This document shows, piece after piece, positions 51,990-64,000 of a DNA stretch of 64,000 nt. The notes beneath the pieces are model-generated. The model was not told the DNA's origin, did no database searches, and saw nothing but the letters and a program-made list of their open reading frames with translations. Positions within the stretch are counted from its first letter, which is position 1. Each line of letters begins with the position of its first letter. The DNA is from Podarcis tiliguerta (Eukaryota): NCBI GenBank assembly GCA_965153285.1, contig OZ229111.1; one strand, given 5' to 3'. The translations under genes were made by a program, and so were the position numbers.

Positions 51990-54900
51990 GTGGAACATGT
52001 ATAGGAAAGTATATTGCACATCAGATTTCTTGGGTACTCACTGTAGTCTTAGTAATCTTCATGAGCTGTTAGAGGGTTCTAGTATCAATGGTAGCAGAAT
52101 GCCTACATGCAACTGAAACTAGAATGGAAATTTGAATTTCTGAGGCTGGCTTCCCATTGAGATATTCTACTGAGGAATATAGATAAGGAAATCAGTCTGA
52201 CTATACAAGCAAAGCTATTTTGCTGATTTTTAAACAACCCCACCAGGTCTTCACCTCCTCCAAAATGAAGTAGCTATTCCCTATAAACTATATATTATAA
52301 ATGAACACAATTATTATAATCTAGCAAAATACTGTAATTCAAACAAACATGTACATCATTCTGCTGTAAACACTACAGTAAAATCCATCCTAACCAAAAC
52401 AGTGCTGAGGCCCATTGCTGACAGAAATAATAAATTGCTTCTTTTTAATTTACAGCAATAGTTCCCAGAAGAGTTTTCTTTGTTTGGTTGCTAGCTAGTC
52501 AGTCCCTTGAAAACATTGTCAAGAAACCTACGTTGCTTCCCTGCATTCTAATAGTGACCTTACATTTCTTTTTGCCTTATTAATGAATGGCACTGGTAAA
52601 TGCAAGATTTGGTGGGATGGATGAATCAACTGAGCAGCATAGAATCCAATAAATTAGTAATACTAAAACATTAATTTAAAAACTCCAGCATTAAGAGACC
52701 TCATTAAAGAAAAAAGTAGTCTGAAATAAATGGGTTTTTTACATGCAGTTGTGGAGAAAGTTCTATAACTTGGGGGCCACAACAGAAAAGGCCCTGCATC
52801 TTGTACCTGTCTTCTGTACTTAATCTGTGTTTCCCACAAGCCTTCTGGGCTCCATGCAGGTTGAGGAGGATTGGACTGGTTATGACATTTGTACCACATA
52901 TTGCTTAATCTGAGTTATATTTACATATAGATATATTTGTGCAACATTCCTGTTTTCTGCTTGTGACATACAGCAAGCTTGGTTGAATAGATTAAGTTCT
53001 GGTACTGTGAACCTTCTGTGTTGATAGTCCTGGCACTAGGCTGGAGCTGGAGTCTTAGAAGACCTTTGGTCACACATGTTTTAGTTATGCATAGACAAAG
53101 GTGGCCATACTTTCTGCTGCAGGGTGGTCAATGTGACCTCTTTTATCAGCCTTACCCAACCTGGGTGTGCTGGACTGACTGTACAATCTGCACAGACCTG
53201 AACATGAAGGAAGTCACATTAACTTACATATGTACATTGGATGTGATGCTCTGTTCTCTCTTCTTGCCTTTTTGACAAATGACTTTCCCCATGTAAATTA
53301 TGACTCTTTGCATTTGTACTAGACCTCTGTGTAGCCCTCCTCCCCGTTGAAGAGGGTTGCTCTACTGCTCTACTGTGTGTATCTGTTGATGACGTGGGGT
53401 TCCCCACCCTCCATGGAACAATTACCATAGTCACAGTCAGGTAACAGCAACAATAAACAGAGCATGGGAGTGTGTGCTGTTGCTTCTCCACCCTCTCTCC
53501 GCAGCATAGCAGTGACATAAGATGTTTGGATGAATTTACGGTATTTGACATAGGCGCCAAGCTCTGTAAATGTTTTATGAACATCTTTTCTAGGAGCAAG
53601 AGGAAGTGTTAGATCAAGTCAGGACAGCTTGGATTTATTCCCGTGAGAATTCAGTTTCTGAGGAAAACTCCCTTACTGTACTAAGGCAACAGATTTTTCA
53701 CCTCAGTCTTAACTCACCTTCCCCTACCCCATGCTCATCCTCATCCCCAAATTGCCATTTGATGAGGAAGAACTCCCGTCCCTCAGAATAGGGATTTTTT
53801 CAAAACACCTGTCCGGAAGGCTTGTCGCACTGCTTTGTGATTTGGTTCTGCATGTGAACCAACTCTTGGGGGACGGGGACACACACACGAGGGTCTGGTC
53901 CATACATCTGACATTCTGTTTACTCTGGCTCCAGTGCACTCCCACTACTGGTATTTGAAGGGCATTAGTTACAGTCCATATATATCCTGAATTTCCCTCA
54001 AAAATACTGCTATTTGATGCATTTCCCCTTAAACTAGCTTCCATCTGATTTGAAACATAAGCCACAGTCCCCTACCATTAAGCTGAAGGGCGTACATTTG
54101 AGTCAACCATTGTACATGTGCAGATGACAGCTTCATGCATCGGAGTTCTGGGAGTTGCAGTGGCGAGGGACGCTAATAGGAAATGACACCACCTCTGTCT
54201 GGTGTGTACAGCAACATGCAAGTGTGTGACTTCAAGGGCGGTGGGGGGGGGGCGACAACCTTGCTGCGTTTTAAGCCAATAATGTGTACATAGCCTTAGC
54301 CATGTGCCTTTGCATGGGACCAGTGGAATCTGCAGGAAAATATAATTGAGGATGGGGTGTGGGGAGCAACATGTAATCTGGGAGAGGTGGAGTTTTGTCC
54401 CACAAGTTAGATTTCTAAAAGATCAGTAACGGTACATTTCATATTCACACTGCCACCCTGAACACGTTTTCTTTGAAATAAGTCCTATTTATTTGATGGA
54501 GTTAACCATGAAGTAAGCATGCCTACCATTACAGCCTGTTTATGATCCTGTTATCATTTGCATGTGAAAAGTGCCTTTGCATTAAGGAACCACAGGGGAC
54601 CAGCAACGGAGGCTGGTGGTCCCTGCCTTCCCGCCTCCTGGCCCAGCCTATATGTAAGAGGAGCCACACACAACACTTGTTTGTGTTGCGTAAGAAGGAA
54701 ACAGCACGTGGGTCTCTTCACATCTTAGGTCACAATGGTGACCTGAAGTGAATTAATGCTGTGAGAACAATTTGCCTAGTGTTAGTAAAATGTAGGACTT
54801 CCCTTTCTTGCATTGAGGTTGGGTATGTTCAGGAAAAGAAAACTTTGATATGGTGGCATGGCGTGGCATAGCATTTTCCAGGATACATCTGTAATCCTCA

Positions 54901-56830
54901 CTGCATTGTCACATTATGTGCATGATGCACAAAGATGGATGGGTTCATGTGGTGAAAGACAAGGGAGATCCAAACTGAACACATGGGGATGGTCAGACAT
55001 CTCTATGGCCGTGGCTTCATTTCCCCCTCAGTGAAAACTGAAATGGCAGCTTGCGCCTTCCATGTGCAGCCTGGTTTAAGCAAACTTGTCTCCATGCCAT
55101 CATTTTTCCTGTGCACAACAGAACTGAGGAATGCAACAGTTCAAGCAGCTCCTTGGTCCACACCGCTTTGCAGGCTTCCCTTATCCATCTGGCTGTGCAA
55201 ACTGTGCAAACAGGATGCTGAACTAGATGGGCCTTTGGCCTGATCCAACAGAGCTCTTCTTACCTTCTTACATTCCTACTGCACTATGGCCTCACTGGAC
55301 TGTGTTGTAAAAGGGCAGGATTCAGCACAGTTTGCCTGTGATCTTTTTCAGAGCCAACCAGTAACTTACCTGTTAATTAGTTATCTTTGCACAAACCAAT
55401 AGTTTTCCTATTTCCTGTTCCGTCTGAATTCAGTATGTTCCTGGGTTCCCCGACTCTCACCCAATCAAAGGCAATCTGGGCAATTAAACCAGCCTCTCCT
55501 TGGGTAAACGGTGTCAAGGTTAGAGCAAGTCATTCATTGTCGTAATAAATCTTTATTGCAACCCCTTCTTCCCATCCCCCATCATGAACTAAACTTTCCA
55601 TAAACGCTAGGTTTATAGTAGGTCTTCTTCTAATGATTAACTTGGAGCTTAGCAGCTTGCAAAGCTCTGCAGAAGGCACTGGTAGTGCAAGAACTCTGAA
55701 GGGCATCTGCAGTCTCTTCTTCTTAGCATGAAGTTGACTCTTAAGCTGCAGAAACAATTGACTGATTCCAGCATTAAGAGTGTTGGAACTGAGAGAAAGC
55801 AAAGAAACCTGCTCAATTCCTTTCTAGTTAAATAAGGCTATAACAATGTAGTTTCCCCACCTGAAGTTCTGAAATGGAATGGAAAGTATTGTTATGCAGA
55901 CGGTGTGGTCTTATTGTTAAAAGAGGTTTAACCCCATCTTCTGAGTGGATTGACTCTTTTCCTAAAAATGCACATCCACTGATACTCAGCCCAGCAACCT
56001 GTTCTCATAGTGGTCAACCAGGTGCCCATGAGAAGTGCTAATCTTCCCGCTTGTGCTCCTCAGCAACTGGTATTCAGAGACATACTGCCTCTAATACTGG
56101 AGGTAGGTCATAGCCATCGTGGCTAGTAGTCACTAATAGTCTTATCCATGTATTGGTCTAATCACCTTTTAGAGCTGTCCAGTTTGAATGAATGAATGAG
56201 AGAGGAGGCATCATGCAGGTATGCTGGGAGGTCCTTCCAAACATCCCGGGCAACAAGAGAGAGGGAAATCATTTCAGGAAGGAAGGATGGTGGTGGAACT
56301 GGAAGAGTGACGATTCCAGGCTGAAATGCTTTCCATTGAGAACATTAAAGAAAGTTGTATAAAGGCAGCAATTGGTTTAGATCAAGAGATGCCAAAACAA
56401 AATTAGGCCCATGGGTACCTCTGCAAACTGTGGTCATGACACCCACCTCACAACCAAGCACACAGTGCAGCCTATTCTGTTGTAGTGTTGCATTGAGTCA
56501 AACTTCAGCATAGGGATAAGAAAGGATAGGCCTCTTTGGGCACATGGGTGCCATGTTGGTGACCCGTGATTTAGACTGCCTGTTTGATTCATGTTGTTCT
56601 GTAAAGCATAGTGCAGAGCAAACAGTAATTTTCATTTCATTACATTTAAAAATCACAATATATAACATTAAAAATAAAAATAATTCAATAGCCCCCCCCC
56701 AAGAGCCACCTTTTAAAGCGTATAGGAGAGATATTTCAGACCTTTTCTTAAATTAAAGCTTGTCCTGTGGTTTAAGAGGCTAGTTTCCTATGCCAAGATA
56801 CACTAGAATGAGAATCTGAAAATAAAATGT

Positions 56831-56832
<2 letters not shown>

Positions 56833-56870
<38 letters not shown>

Positions 56871-57702
56871 TTATTATTTATACCCCGCCCATCTGGCTGG
56901 GTTTCCCCAGCCACTCTGGGCGGCTTCCAAAAGAATATTAAAATACTGTGATACATCAAACATTAAAAGCTTCCCTAAACAGGGCTGCCTTCAGATGTCT
57001 TCTAAAAGTCTGGTAGTTGTTGTTCTCTTTGACATCTGGTGGGAGGGCGTTCCACAGGGAGGGCGCCACTACCGAGAAGGCCCTCTGCCTGGTTCCCTGT
57101 AACTTGGCTTCTCGCAGTGAGGGAACCGCCAGAAGGCTCTCGGTGCTGGACCTCAGTGTCCGGGTAGAGCGATGGGGGTGGAGACGCTCCTTCAGGTATA
57201 CTGGACCGAGGCCGTTTAGGGCTTTAAAGGTCAGCACCAACACTTTGAATTGTGCTCGGAAACGTACTGGGAGCCAATGTAGGTCTTTCAAGACCGGTGT
57301 TATATGGTCTCGGCAGCTGCTCCCAGTCACCAGTCTGGCCGCTGCATTCTGGATTAGTTGTAGTTTCCGGGTCACCTTCAAAGGTAGCCCCACGTAGAGC
57401 GCATTGCAGTAGTCCAAGCGGGAGATAACCAGAGCATGCACCACTCTGGCAAGGCAGTCCGTGGGCAGATAGGGTCTCAGCCTACGTACCAGATGGAGCT
57501 GGTACACAGCTGCCCTGGACACGGATTTAACCTGTGCCTCCATGGACAGCTGTGAGTCCAAAATGACTCCCAGGCTACGCACCTGGTCCTTCAGGGGCAC
57601 AGTTACCCCATTCAGGACCAGGGAATCCTCCACACCTGCCCGCCTCCTGTCCCCCAGAAACAGTACTTCTGTCTTGTCAGGATTCAATCTCAATCTGTTT
57701 GC
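56833..57702 (-). mobile_element. 5'-truncated L2-clade LINE; open ORF2 C-terminal fragment 56956..57693 (245 aa)
   Basis: LNPDKTE, VRSLGVILD, SRLDYCN, LQLIQNAAARL, HITPVL..LHWLP motifs of L2 RT C-terminus; (TTA)n microsatellite tail. Confidence 0.92.
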
Positions 57703-58820
57703 CTGGGAATTCTAAGTCCTGGGAATTCTTACATGGGACTCCCTGCCACACCCCGGGTTTCTATTTTTAGCCTGCTACACTGTAAATTGATCCAGTCAGT
57801 TATGATATGGACTTGAAACCAGTTTTGGATGATACACTGCTATATCGCCCAGCCCTAGTTAAGAGCAGAGTACAGTAATACATACTGTGGATGTTGCCTC
57901 ATCCACTATGGCTTCCACCAAGAGGTAAAATTTGAACTGTCTGGAAACTTCACCTTAGAATGAGCATTCAAGAAGAAGAAGTTCAGTACCCCCCAATATC
58001 TGCTTGCTTAGCAAGCACTGATGTGAAGTGACTAGCATTTGAATTGTTGGACAGATCTTGCAAGGCATAGTTTTTATTTATTATATTTACACAAACCTTT
58101 CCCCTCAAGGCCCTTAAGTTTCTCTCCCCCTACCCCACTCCCCCACTGCCTTGAAAACACACAGCAAACCAAGACTCTGTGAGTTTCATGGGTGAAGGAG
58201 GATTTGAACCTTGATATTCTGCCCAGTTCTACTCCAGTCTAGAGCTGCAGGGTCTTTTTTAATCTGAGGGACAACATTCCCTCATGCAGAACGTTCTTGC
58301 CAATGGGGTCAGAATGACCAGGAGCAATGAGTGATGTCCCTGGAGTATTTTTTTACATACGGTATATCTCCTTCTGATATGAGCAGTACACCTCCAGCAG
58401 AATAGTTCCAGGGTGCTGCAACAGCTTTTCCCCCATTTGCAACTGTAAGCTATCTAGAAAACATTGTTATTGGCTGGCATATTGTAAATGAAACAAATAG
58501 TGCCATGTGATATGCGCTGAGAAAGCAGGGGCTCCAAAGGAAGTCCCTTTACTTGGCTTTAGTGTTATTTACATCCAGGATTGGTCTTCTAAATCTTAAT
58601 CTGGTATTTAATGTTTTCCTTTCCTTCTCTCATTCTTTTTTTTTGCTGGGAAGCAAGGAAAGCAACAGGGTGTGGGAATCTGCCGACATTATGAACTTGC
58701 AGCTGCAGTCCATTATGCACTGCCAGTGTTGCTCTCCTGTAGAGCTGATGACAAATGGAATTGCTGCCTCAGGGGAAGCCTTGACATTTTGAAAAGCATT
58801 TCCGTTGCGGAGCTGGAAAG

Positions 58821-58823
<3 letters not shown>

Positions 58824-58855
<32 letters not shown>

Positions 58856-58967
58856 AAATCTTTTTGTAAACACTTTGAGGTGTTATTACAATCAAGTGGA
58901 ATATAAATGTGAAATAAATAAGAATAGCACACATTCTCTTTTTTACACACACACACACACACACACA
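58824..58967. repeat. Opposed (TG)n and (CA)n microsatellites about 90 bp apart
   Basis: (TG)n at ~58824-58853, (CA)n at ~58945-58967. Confidence 0.9.
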
Positions 58968-60444
58968 GGTTGTTGATGCCAAGGAGAAAACATTGAATAT
59001 ACTGTATATGGAAAACTTCCTTTTTTATTGCTGTCATTCAAAATGTTTGCACCTTGGCATTAAAAACATGACCCAGAAATGAAATGTGGTTTGGTGCAGC
59101 TGGATATAGAATGTTGTTTATGTACATGTGGCAAAATGGACACTCTCCTGACGTTTGTAAATCAGCATGTAAGTAGAGAAATAAAAGGGAAAATTCCTGT
59201 CCTTTATTCAGTCTCTCCTTTAAAACGAGAAGTGTTGGGCTTAACTCAATCCAGCATCTTAATTTTAACATGCAGCTCCATTTTATTACACATTAGAGAA
59301 TCCAACATCTTTTCTACAAAGGAGGTATGTAAACAGGATGTTGCTCTTCTGAACTGTCACCTTACCCTTTATCCCCATCCCTTAAGTCCATTTAAATAAT
59401 TCACATGGCAGGCTGATTCCTTTCCTTAGATTTCGCTGTGGTGACTTGTCTATGATTTCAACTTCCTGAGGCAAAGAGAGAATCGAAGGACACACGTTTT
59501 GCATCCCTGTGAACAGGGAGGGGTGGGGTGGGGGAAGCCATCTGAATGAATTTGGGCTGTGAATCTCCATCCCCAGATAATTTACACATAAATCTCTGGT
59601 AACCCCCTCAGAACGCTTGCCTCAAGGTGGGAGGAGAACGAAAGAGGGAAGGAATATTCTGCAATGTATGTATGCATGTATGTATGAGGGCCTGGTACCA
59701 TCAACATTCAAATTGCCGTGCACCTCAAAACTAGCATTTCAAAGCTTCCTAGCCTCTGATGCTTCCCTTTCAGATAAATGAGGAGGAGAGAAATTGGCTA
59801 CAGTTCAATGACCTGATGAGAAAATTTGTGTGTCCCCCCCCCCCCAGGCTCTTATTTATTTTTAAGGCACTCTCCAACTTCGCTATGTAGTCACAAATCT
59901 TGAGGGATCCTATTTTAAATGCTGAATTCTACATTGTTTGGACTCTAATAATAGAATCTCTCTTTCTCATAAATATCTCAGTGGTTAATTCCTGAATTTC
60001 TAACCTATTAGCTCAAGTATCATTGAGAAAAAAACAGCAGCTGTGCTTTCAATTTCAGTCATTACTATTCCTGGGATTCCTGGGATAATTGGAAATAATT
60101 GATTGCAACCCTGCTATCTGTGTTCAGGTGACTCTAAGGCAGGGAGTGGAGAACCATGTGGCACTTCCTGTTGTTGGGCTATAAATCCCATCCTCAGGGA
60201 TGATGGGAGTCGTACTTCAACAACACTGGGCATGAGGGGCAGAGGTTGTCCATCACTCTTCTAAGAACTGTTTCACATATGCATCTTCATCATCACTTGA
60301 TGACTATAATATTCAGAGACAACCCGTGAGTCATCACAGAAATATCCATAGATATAGTTTTTATTTCACTTCTTGTCACCTCAGACATCATGATTTCCAA
60401 GTGGCATTCATCCAGCCAGCTGATAGTTAGAAATCCTGTAGTAT

Positions 60445-60585
60445 GGGGATAGCTCTGTTGGTAGAGCATGAGACTCTTAATCTCAGGGTGGTGGGTTCGA
60501 GTCCCACATTGGAATAAAGTTTCCTGCATTGCAGGGGGTTGGACTAGATGACCCTCCTGGTCACTTCCAACTTTACCATTCTAAG
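60445..60585 (+). mobile_element. tRNA-Lys(CTT)-derived SINE with CR1 3' tail
   Basis: tagctc.gttggtagagcatgagactcttaatctcagggt.gtgggttcgag.cccac (anticodon CTT 60476-60478) fused to ttcctgcattgcagggggttggactagatgacc...ttccaact..attcta. Confidence 0.85.
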
Positions 60586-63327
60586 AGAGCAACCTGTGGG
60601 TGGGTGGGCGGGAATCAGACCTGAGAACTGGGAGAAAACAACAATGGGTGCAGTACTATGAGCTTGGCTGGACAGTGAGTCCACACTATGATGTTCTCAA
60701 AGAGTGTGTCTAAAACTATGCTTAGAGGGGAGTCTCAGGTGGTTGTTGTTTTTAAAGGCCTAGTTAACCCATGCCACTTCCTTCCTATTGTTGACACTTG
60801 ATAAATATATGAGTAGTGCACAGATGCTTTCTCAGTGGTCTGTTTTCATATTAGCTGATGTGTAGTGCCCTCACAGAGTGGTGCTGCACTTTTAGCCCCA
60901 CTCCCTTATATTGCATCTTCTTCCTTTAAAACACGAGTTGTTTGTGGCTGTCTGCAAAGAAAGCCCTGTGTGTGAGCGCCTGCTCAAGGGTAAGTGTTTC
61001 ATGAAACCAGGACATCTGGTTGCGCTAGAGTCCTTACACCATCAGGGCTTTCCTTTAGCTCATCTGTTTCACCAGAGACTGCAAAAGGCAGCGAACAAAA
61101 TAGTCACGCCACACAGATATTCATGGTCATGGAAAGGGGAACTGGGTAAGGAAGCCTTCCCATGCATGCAGGGAAGGCTAGAATGAGTGGGTGCCTTGTT
61201 CAGTTCACAGGTGTGTACACTGTCAGTGTAGCAATGCTCTATTGAATTGTCTTTGGCTGCAATTTTTGCATTTAATTTCCACTTGACCCCACTGCTCAGA
61301 ATCCCCACTCACCCCTCTTTATATATACATGCAAGTGAGGATTACATTTGACATGGACCTAATGAAGTAGACTCTAGGCTAGTTCATGAGAGCTTATGGC
61401 ATAAAAAATATGCTAGCAGCCTTTAAAATACCTCTTTGTTGTTTTTGCAGCAATTCTTTGTCAAAGCTGTGATCTGTGATTTTGGTTTTTACATGGTGTG
61501 TGGGTGGGTGTGGCTGTTGCACACTGCTTTGATTTTAATGAATTTTTGCTTTATATGTATTTTTATAAATAAAATAAACACAGTTACCTGTCTACGAATT
61601 TAAACGCACATCTACAGAGGCTTAACGCTCCTTGAAGGCTGTATACACACAATACACTTAAAGCATATTCTTCCCCTCAAAGAATTCTGGGCTCTGTAGT
61701 TTACTCCCTACAGAGTTACAATCTCCAGCAACTCTTAACAAGCTAGAGAGCCAGAATTCCTTGAGGGAAAGAATGTGCTTTGAATGTTCTTTAAAGCTTG
61801 TGTGCTTCTCATAGGTATCTACTTGGCTATTGTGGGAGACAGGATTTTGGGCAAGATAGGCCTTTGGCCTGATCCTTCAGGACTCTTATGGGGTGGGGGC
61901 AGGGTTATTGCGTTGTTGTTGTTTTTATTTTGATTATGTATTTTGTGGTTTTCTTCTGTGAAGTGCCCTGAGACCTGCAGGTATAGGGCAGTATATAAAT
62001 TCAATAAACAAATAAAAACACAGACTTTAAAAGATACATGGCAATAATTCATATGCATATTACCATCACTCCTTAAGACTAGTGTTCCACAGACACATGA
62101 CACGTGAGCAGACTGCTTCTTCCTTATTTTAATGTCAAATAGTACACACCCACGCTCACTCAAGAACACATATCAGTAGCTGGAATACATTGTAAATGCT
62201 GGCCACTGTAGCTGAGCATTAGAACTGCTCTTTAAAGGGGGAGTGGCCTGTGCTGTCCATAATTACATAAAAAGAAGAAGATTCTGACACACAGACTCAC
62301 ATGTGCACTTAACACAGAGATCAGGTCAGGAACCTATTGAATTTTAGAATTTTAGAAATGCCTGATCAGAGTTATTTGTCCATTCATCTATTTGCTTTGT
62401 AAGGAAACAGGGACTTCTCAACACCCAAAAGAGGCTTTGTAGATTGTATATAAAAGTTTTCTGAAGCCTGGATTCTCCAGGGGTTTTCATTGGGATTTGG
62501 AACATCCATACATAGATGCACACATTTGCTGGCCAACTCAGGAAGAAAAGCCTGTGTGGACAATCAGTCCCAGAAAATCATATGGAGCCAGACTACAGAC
62601 AGCACATTTATATGCCAGGCTAGAGGCGAGAGAGATTTCTTTCCCTCTTTTTCTGCCAATTATTTTTAGCAAAATCTTAAAATATTGCTCACTAATGGAC
62701 TGCCTCCCCTCCCCCGACCTATAACTACAGAGGCCACTAGAGAAAAGAATGCAGACAGTCACACAGAAGAACAGCGTGTATCTGTGCCAGGAAATGGGAA
62801 CTGCATTGCGCTTCTACAAATAGCCCATTTCCCAATGCATATTGGTTAAAGAAGGAACAGAAAAAGGCCAACTGTTAGAAAATCAAGCCATGTAAGGGAA
62901 AAACTCCCAGGTACCTATTCCCTCATAATGTATTAGAGGTACTATAGAAAACCCAGTCTATTCACAGGTCCCACACAATACAACAAGCCTCCAGTCTGTA
63001 CTTTTGCTGACAGCGAGCCAGATGGGTAATGGCCTCACACCAAAGTCCTTTCTTGATCTTCCTTCACTAAAGCTCTCCCCAAAGCTGGAGGTAGAAAATT
63101 GCTCCTACCTGTTGTTTCTCTTTAGAGGATGAAAGAATAGATATTGTGATCTGCATTGTTTCGTAAAATAGCAGCATTTCATAGAGTTTTGAAAAATAAG
63201 ACTTAGAATGTCAGATTTGATCTTTCCTGGTTTTACTGTAACACACACTTCAGGAAAGAGGGTGCCTTGAAATACTGTGACCCTTTATATAAAGAAGTGG
63301 CAGTGCTAACAGAACCAAGTTTGCCTC

Positions 63328-63410
63328 TTAGAATCATAGAATCTTGGAGCTGGAAGGGACTCCAAGGGTCATCTAGTCCGAAACCCTGCAATGCAGGAAT
63401 CTCAGCTGAA
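63328..63410 (-). mobile_element. CR1 3' end with ATTCTATG-type tail
   Basis: tagaatcatagaatc...ggaagggac.ccaagggtcatctagtcc...cctgcaatgcaggaatctcagct. Confidence 0.8.
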
Positions 63411-63790
63411 GCTGTCCTGTTGCTTGAGGTGTGGCTGGGTGGGCCTCAAGCACCTTCTCTTCCAGCAAGACAGCCAGCTTGCACTTGCTACAAGTGTACT
63501 GTTGCTTATTCTCTAGCAGAATGGCAAACATGGCACAGGGGTTACAGGTCACTGCAGCAGCTGCCTCACTCTCCATGTCTCTGGTTCTGTGCACACCAAG
63601 AGACAGAACTCTGGGCCTCCCCTGCTAAACACCCTGGCAAACACCCCTGCTTGCGAGGTCCGTTTGCGAGCTCCCAGGATCTGCACTGAGCTAAGTTTGA
63701 CTGCTGCTGGTTGCTAACTCCTCCCTCAGCTTGGCTTCCTTCTCAGCTGTAACTCCTCCCCCTCAGATCCTGTGTTTCCTCTCTCTCTTT
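63411..63790 (-). mobile_element. CR1 5' UTR and ORF1 N-terminal fragment (ATG at 63576)
   Basis: MESEAAAAVTCNPCAMF...YTCSKCKLAVLLEEKV: CxxC-x-CxxC zinc finger followed by leucine-zipper start typical of CR1 ORF1p. Confidence 0.7.
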
Positions 63791-63806
63791 GGTGGTTGCT
63801 ACAGAA

Positions 63807-64000
63807 CAGGGGTCAGCAACCTTTTTCAGCAGTGGGTCGGTCCACCGTGGGCCAGTGGTGGGCCGGACTATATATTTTTTTTGGGGGGGGGGGAATGAAC
63901 AAATTCCTATGCCCCACAAATAACCCAGAGATGCATTTTAAATAAAAGCACACATTCTACTCATGTAGAAACACCAGGCAGGCCCCACAAATAACCCAGA
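63807..64000. mobile_element. hAT-type non-autonomous DNA transposon, cut by window end
   Basis: CAGGGGTCAGCAACCTTTT terminus, gggccgg subterminal motifs, internal repeat gccccacaaataacccaga. Confidence 0.7.

Noticed and set aside
60445-60512. Functional tRNA-Lys gene
   Set aside because: Acceptor stem does not pair, D and T arms carry mismatches, no T-run terminator, and it is fused to a CR1 tail, so it is a SINE head.
46100-64000. 3' exons of the expected convergent neighbour SLC6A7
   Set aside because: No minus-strand ORF or exon resembling an SLC6 transporter C-terminus was found; the neighbour, if syntenic, lies beyond the window.

Overview
Vertebrate genomic DNA, very probably a squamate (lacertid-type lizard, judged from Sauria SINE, Squam3-like SINE, BovB/RTE, CR1 and L2 repeats). 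The + strand carries the 3' three-quarters of CAMK2A (CaMKII alpha). There are 15 GT-AG exons, equivalent to human exons 5-19, from 998 to 39648. They encode the kinase C-lobe, the regulatory segment (Thr286, Thr305/306), the linker with the 33-nt alpha-B NLS cassette, and the hub domain. Exons 1-4 lie upstream of the window. A long 3' UTR probably runs to an AATAAA at 46042. The most notable hidden structure is an intact alpha-KAP-type internal start: an ATG at 23075 reads 24 hydrophobic codons through the intron-12 polypyrimidine tract into exon 13, downstream of a MEF2 + E-box module. The last codon is split, and it can be closed by three routes that each give an immediate stop but a different 3' UTR. 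The last ~18 kb contains no coding exon I can recognise, only repeats (including a young L2 RT fragment, a tRNA-Lys-headed CR1-tailed SINE and a CR1 ORF1 fragment) and a possible CCAAT-box regulatory region. Exon numbers, mammalian comparisons and repeat family names come from recalled reference sequences, not from a search.
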